Below, in pieces: positions 46,342-50,456 of a stretch of 50,456 nt of DNA. The stretch spans positions 1 through 50,456 of the IMG/VR virus record IMGVR_UViG_3300044800_000405; one strand, given 5' to 3'. Each line of letters starts with the position of its first letter. Position 1 is the first letter of the stretch. Position numbers and translations under genes: made by a program. Under the pieces are notes generated by a model, which saw only the letters and a program-made list of their open reading frames with translations, was not told the origin of the DNA and searched no databases. This DNA is from a virus (lineage: Duplodnaviria > Caudoviricetes).

Positions 46342-46587
46342 TTATTTCACTCCTTGGGGCAAAATGGTTTGGTTCGCCCGGTTTTTGTTCCACGCCGGCG
46401 AGAAACAGCGCGGGCACCGCGCCGGCAATTCTCCTGTTTTGCGCGCCTTCCATTCCGCGTTACAGCGCACACAATGGTAATCCTTGGCCGGGTCCGACGG
46501 GGTTGCCAGCCGGATCGTGCCGGTCGGCAGTTTTAAATCCAGGCGGGGTTGATTGTTTGGCTTCAATTTCTTTTTTATGATGCTCAT
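46342..46587 (-). CDS. Zinc-ribbon protein
   Basis: CVRCNAEW...P.RCPRCFSPAW. Confidence 0.65.
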   Translation of the reverse strand: MSIIKKKLKPNNQPRLDLKLPTGTIRLATPSDPAKDYHCVRCNAEWKARKTGELPARCPRCFSPAWNKNRANQTILPQGVK

Positions 46588-46598
46588 GGTGGTGTGCC

Positions 46599-46628
46599 AC
46601 TGTCCTCCAACCACCAGCAACTTGTCAA
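46599..46628 (-). promoter_or_regulatory. Promoter with GCTGGTGG in spacer
   Basis: Minus strand TTGACA (46628-46623), GCTGGTGG (46618-46611), GACAGT. Confidence 0.55.
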
Positions 46629-46832
46629 CGTAAAAACTTTTCCCGGCCCGGCGGCCCGGCCCCCAAATTCGCGGCCCGGCCTGTGAATAAGTGGGCCTCC
46701 CGCGCCATAACTGTCCATAATCAACGCTTAAACACCTTTGTTTCTGTAATCTGGCATCTTGGGGCAAAACCTGCTCGCAAGTTTTTGTTGTCTTCTTCTG
46801 TCACCCCGCCAGAATAAGGACGCTAGAACAGT

Positions 46833-47084
46833 ATGAATAAAAAATCAAAAACCGGCCATTCACCCACCACCACCAGCAGCGCCCCGCCGGGTCCCATTGG
46901 GGTCAACCTGTTCCTCAACATGCAGGATTATGGCGCCCGTTACGGGGTGTCCAAGCGCACCGTCTATCGCTGGATCGTCCATGGCCTGCCCCACCTGCGC
47001 ATCAACTCTCGCAACCTGCGCATTCCCACAGTGGAAAGCGACCGCTGGATGAAAGAAAACTATTTCCGTCAACGCGAAGTGTAA
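46833..47084 (+). CDS. Excisionase-like HTH DNA-binding protein
   Basis: YGARYGVSKRTVYRWI..GLP..RI....LRI.....DRW. Confidence 0.75.
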   Translation: MNKKSKTGHSPTTTSSAPPGPIGVNLFLNMQDYGARYGVSKRTVYRWIVHGLPHLRINSRNLRIPTVESDRWMKENYFRQREV

Positions 47085-47089
47085 TCGCC

Positions 47090-48112
47090 ATGCCCAATCG
47101 CATCCTCAAAGCCAGGCTGCGCCAATCCGAACGCTGGAACAAATGTTCCGAGCCGGCGCAAAACCTCTACGTCCGCCTGCTCATGTTGGTGGACGATTTT
47201 GGCCGGTATGAGGCCCATCCCACCCTTCTCGCCAGCGAGGGCTATCCCTATGGCGACCCCGAAGGCCACCCCATGCCCGTCGAGACCGTTACCAACCGAC
47301 TCCAAGAATTGACCGCGCACGACCTGCTTTTCCTTTACCAGGTTGAAGGAAAACCCTACTTGGAATTAACCCGCTGGCAGGAACGCACCCGCCGGGCCAA
47401 CAGCTTTTTCCCTGCCCCCAACCCAACAGACACCAGGCAGACACCAGGTGAACACCAGGCAGACACCAGGCAGACACCAGGTGAACACCAGGCAGACACC
47501 AGGCAGACACCAGGCAGACACCAGGCAGACACCAGGCAGACACCAGGCAGCCGCGCGGCCCTTACGCCTTCGCCTTCGCCTTCGCCTACGCCTACGCCTA
47601 CGCCTTCGCCTTCGCCTACGCCTACGCCTACGCCTACGCCTACGCCTTCGCCCGCGCCCGCGCCCGCGCCCGCGACGGTCGCCGAGTTGGTTTCTTCGGT
47701 TGTTAAAAGAATTGCAGAAAAGACCAAAGACACGCACGCAGATATAAAAAACCTTTTGTGCATCGCCTACAACCGCCCGGAGGACCAGTCTTGGTCTTAC
47801 GTCGAGGAAGCCACCCTGGCTGAAATTGCCCGGCGCCCCAAAGCCTTGGCCGAGGTTAAATTGCTTTTGGACTTCCGGCGCAAGCTGTCCCAGCCCGACC
47901 GCAAGTATTTTCCCCAATCCATTTTGTCCCTGCTCCAAAAATGGGATGAAAAATTGGATGCCTCACGGGGCCTCCAACCCCGCCCCATCAAATCTTCCCG
48001 TCCCTTTGCCCCGCCTCCCAACTCCAGGAAATTTATCCCTTCGGAGAATTTGGGCCGGCAATTCCGCAATCAGATTCAAACCATCATGGCAGAACCAGGA
48101 AAGGCCAAATAA
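47090..48112 (+). CDS. Phage replication initiator (replisome-organiser-like)
   Basis: MPNRILK...SE......S..A...Y.RL...VDDFGR N-terminus; internal iterons. Confidence 0.8.
   Translation: MPNRILKARLRQSERWNKCSEPAQNLYVRLLMLVDDFGRYEAHPTLLASEGYPYGDPEGHPMPVETVTNRLQELTAHDLLFLYQVEGKPYLELTRWQERTRRANSFFPAPNPTDTRQTPGEHQADTRQTPGEHQADTRQTPGRHQADTRQTPGSRAALTPSPSPSPTPTPTPSPSPTPTPTPTPTPSPAPAPAPATVAELVSSVVKRIAEKTKDTHADIKNLLCIAYNRPEDQSWSYVEEATLAEIARRPKALAEVKLLLDFRRKLSQPDRKYFPQSILSLLQKWDEKLDASRGLQPRPIKSSRPFAPPPNSRKFIPSENLGRQFRNQIQTIMAEPGKAK
47427..47550 (+). repeat. 11 tandem 11-bp iterons (CAGACACCAGG / TGAACACCAGG): putative replication origin
   Basis: Read directly; located inside the initiator gene, as in lambdoid origins. 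Confidence 0.8.
47563..47673 (+). repeat. Hexamer tandem repeat (TACGCC/TTCGCC/CGCGCC) encoding a PT/PS/PA linker
   Basis: Read directly. Confidence 0.85.
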
Positions 48113-48363
48113 TGCGAACCATCCTAATCTGTTCCAAATGTTCCAAGCCCGTCCGTCTCAACCGCCGGGCAGTCCGCGTGTGGAACAACAAGGCCGGGTT
48201 CCCCTTCATTTGTGAAACCTGCCAGCAATCGGAGATTTCCCGCGCGGTCGAGGCCAGCCAGATCGCCAAGGCGGAGGCTGTCACCCGCGCTTTCCAAACC
48301 ATCCACCTAAACCCCACCACCCATGAAAATCCAAAAACTCGAACTCACCCCGCGCGGCTATGA
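48112..48363 (+). CDS. Small zinc-finger protein
   Basis: CSKC...CETC; TAATG coupling. Confidence 0.55.
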   Translation: MRTILICSKCSKPVRLNRRAVRVWNNKAGFPFICETCQQSEISRAVEASQIAKAEAVTRAFQTIHLNPTTHENPKTRTHPARL

Positions 48364-48553
48364 AAGGTTCACCTTCACCATCTACCGCGATGAAATGGGA
48401 ATCCTGGCCGCCCTGCTCGGTCACGTCAGGCGTTACACCCCGGACCATCCCTCAACCCATCAATTCCTGGAACATTGCCGCGCCCTGCACACAACCATAA
48501 ACAAGGCCCTCAAACTGTCCGTTTCCAACCCTCAACCACCCCCAAACCCATGA
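48323..48553 (+). CDS. Hypothetical protein
   Basis: 76 aa, ATGA overlap with next ORF. Confidence 0.55.
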   Translation: MKIQKLELTPRGYERFTFTIYRDEMGILAALLGHVRRYTPDHPSTHQFLEHCRALHTTINKALKLSVSNPQPPPNP

Positions 48554-49359
48554 ATGCCACCATCTCAAAAATCAACGTCACTCCCACCTGGGCCGAAAAG
48601 TTCCTAACCAATCTGTTTGAGAACCAGCGCCCCGTTTCGGAAGGTTACATCGCCCGCCTGTCCAATGAAATGGCCAACGACGATTGGCGGCTGTCCCCCG
48701 ATTGTCTGGTCAAAATCAAGGGCAAGGGCGCCAATGGCCAGCACCGGATGCACGCCCTGATCCGGGCGAAAAAAAACCTGCCCTTCCTCCTGCTGGAAAC
48801 TGATGACGATGAACTCTACAAGGTCATTGACGCTGGCAACAAGCGGACGGTCGCCGATTGTATCTCCGGCGAATATCGCAAGGAAATTGCCACCTCCGCC
48901 CGGTGGGTGGTGTTGTACGACATGGACGGAATTTGCACCAGCGGTTTCAAAAACAACGAGGAAGCCCAATGCACCCGCAGCCTGTGCATTGACTTTGCCG
49001 AAACCCAGCACCACCTATTGCAACCGCTGGTATCCACCTGCTACCACTTGAACACCAAGTATCACATCGTCCCACCCAGCATGGCTGCTGCTGTGGCCTA
49101 CATCGCCAAGCGTGACTGCCCCAAAGCCGAAGCCGGCTTGGTGGACAAGTTTATCCAGAACATCTACGACGGCGAATCCCAAGCCGACGCGGCAAAGGAC
49201 TTCCGGGAACGTATCATCCGCAGCAAGGTCGGCAGCGCCCGCATTCACCGCTGTCATGTCATGGCCCTGCTAATCAAATCGCTCCGTTCCTACTTAAACG
49301 GGTCCCGCATGGCCGTGGTTCGGCTCCACGAGGGCGAAGCCTTTCCCCGCCTGAAATGA
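48550..49359 (+). CDS. ParB/Srx-like N-terminal domain protein
   Basis: VTP..AE.FL....NQR.VS...I......M....W...NGQHRMHAL. Confidence 0.75.
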   Translation: MNATISKINVTPTWAEKFLTNLFENQRPVSEGYIARLSNEMANDDWRLSPDCLVKIKGKGANGQHRMHALIRAKKNLPFLLLETDDDELYKVIDAGNKRTVADCISGEYRKEIATSARWVVLYDMDGICTSGFKNNEEAQCTRSLCIDFAETQHHLLQPLVSTCYHLNTKYHIVPPSMAAAVAYIAKRDCPKAEAGLVDKFIQNIYDGESQADAAKDFRERIIRSKVGSARIHRCHVMALLIKSLRSYLNGSRMAVVRLHEGEAFPRLK

Positions 49360-49628
49360 AATATCCTGGCAAAATCCCGATCCCGGAAAATGACGCGCAA
49401 CTCAAATGGTTTGAAGTCGCCGCGCGGGACCTGCCCGCCAATCCCTGTGTCCGGGTTTACGGCCCCGGCCCGGAAGATAAACGCTGCAAAGATTGCCGCT
49501 TGTTCCTGCGCAAAGGAGGATACGAAAAAATCTATTTCAAATGCCTTTTGCGGGGCTGCACCAACGGTCCCGGCACCGATCACCGGGCCAACTGGCAGTC
49601 CTGCAAACGCTTTGTGCAAGACACATGA
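49356..49628 (+). CDS. Cys-rich hypothetical protein
   Basis: YGPGPEDKRCKDC...YFKC...TDHR..W.SC. Confidence 0.6.
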   Translation: MKYPGKIPIPENDAQLKWFEVAARDLPANPCVRVYGPGPEDKRCKDCRLFLRKGGYEKIYFKCLLRGCTNGPGTDHRANWQSCKRFVQDT

Positions 49629-50056
49629 GCAACATCACCCGTTTTCAATTTGAGCAAATGCAAGCCCGCCTCGCCCGGCCCGCTTCTCCCCCTCTCCCCC
49701 CTAATGGGGGAGAGGGCCGGGGTGAGGGGACAACTTCCACTTCCCCCTTGGAAAAAGAATTACATCGCCAAATCATGGATTATTGCGATGCCCAATGGCC
49801 CCGCTGGAAGTACGTTCACTCCCGCATGGATAAATCCACCCGCAACGAACCCGGCGTGCCGGATTTCGCCATCTTCCTGCCCGAAAATAAAAAACTCGTC
49901 ATCGAAGCCAAACGTCCCGGTGAGAAATTGTCCCCCGCGCAACGGGACTGGCACGCGGAAATGGACCGGCTCGGCCACACCGTTCACCTCGTTTATTCTT
50001 TCGATGATTTTTTGTCCATCCTGCGCGACCTGGGACAGCAAGGTTCCAAACCATGA
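49625..50056 (+). CDS. VRR-NUC domain nuclease (PD-(D/E)xK)
   Basis: LEKELH..I, GVPDF, IEAKRPGEKLSPAQRDW. Confidence 0.85.
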   Translation: MSNITRFQFEQMQARLARPASPPLPPNGGEGRGEGTTSTSPLEKELHRQIMDYCDAQWPRWKYVHSRMDKSTRNEPGVPDFAIFLPENKKLVIEAKRPGEKLSPAQRDWHAEMDRLGHTVHLVYSFDDFLSILRDLGQQGSKP

Positions 50057-50280
50057 AAGGAAGAATTTTAATTGCCTGTGAGTTCAGTGGCCGGGTCCGG
50101 TCGGCTTTCGCCGCGTGCGGCTGGGATGCTTGGTCGTGTGATTTATTGCCGTCGGAAATTCCCGGCCAGCATCTTACGGGTGACGTGCGCGATTTGCTCG
50201 GTCAAAAATGGGATGTCCTGGTGGCCTTTCCTCCCTGTCGGCCCGCACAATGCCGAGGAACTCGGCTACACCGTTATTGA
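50053..50280 (+). pseudogene. Truncated C5-cytosine DNA methyltransferase
   Basis: ILIACEFSGRVRSAF...SCDLLP...GDV...WDVLVAFPPC, then a stop 13 codons later; TRD and later motifs absent. Confidence 0.7.
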
Positions 50281-50328
50281 AGAAAATGGAAAGCTTTTCG
50301 GCATCCCAAATTTAACACCAACACCCTT

Positions 50329-50456
50329 ATGAAAAAAAACACCACCAAAAAATCCACCACTCAACCCGCCAACAAACCCACCCTCGTAGCCTTCCTGCTG
50401 GACCGTTCCGGGTCCATGGACCAGTGCCTGGCCGAAACCATCCGGGGCTTTAACGG
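50329..50456 (+). CDS. vWA-domain protein (partial, runs off window)
   Basis: VAFLLDRSGSM MIDAS motif, then ETIRGFN. Confidence 0.8.
   Translation, partial: MKKNTTKKSTTQPANKPTLVAFLLDRSGSMDQCLAETIRGFN

Larger units (their letters stand above)
1..50456. mobile_element. Segment of a tailed phage/prophage genome (podovirus-like morphogenesis genes); ends/att sites not visible
   Basis: TerL, portal-like, capsid-like, tail tubular, ejection, tailspike, replication initiator and VRR-NUC genes; dense small hypothetical ORFs; no housekeeping operon context; no integrase seen. Confidence 0.93.

Noticed and set aside
248-46618. GCTGGTGG as RecBCD Chi sites
   Set aside because: Chi is taxon-specific; copies here occur in both orientations and cluster in promoter spacers
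47427-47550. Second CRISPR array
   Set aside because: Tandem units without spacers
47356-47938. Poly-Arg, RLRL and GVGV ORFs
   Set aside because: Alternative-frame translations of the iteron and hexamer repeats
1-50456. Diversity-generating retroelement, retron, integrase or att site
   Set aside because: No reverse transcriptase or recombinase motifs and no template/variable repeat pair recognised by eye

Overview
The whole window reads as part of a tailed (podovirus-like) phage or prophage genome, probably infecting Verrucomicrobiota (inferred). It carries a putative portal, scaffold, terminase large subunit, tail tubular and ejection proteins, a 2042-aa polyvalent protein, major capsid protein, tailspike, lysis-like membrane genes and a replication module with iterons. 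Accessory cargo: a glycosyl/methyltransferase-like cluster, ribosomal proteins L35+L20, an ATP-grasp enzyme, GroES and an atypical initiator-like tRNA(CAT). The main find is at 18648-20869: a compact Cas12f-like protein whose RuvC looks dead (RuvC-I Asp to Asn; Zn-ribbon and RuvC-III missing) and which has an extra N-terminal Zn finger. It is followed directly by a 9-repeat CRISPR array with no cas1/cas2, and 3 of the 8 spacers contain a perfect sigma70 -35 hexamer (TTGACA). This suggests a phage-encoded, multiplexed RNA-guided transcription regulator. Also notable: a CCACCA(G/C)C motif inside about 8 promoters, many leaderless-looking genes, heptamer repeats forming LAFSL minigenes, and REP-like palindromes inserted in frame in proteins. 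All protein assignments come from motif recognition by eye; no database searches were run.
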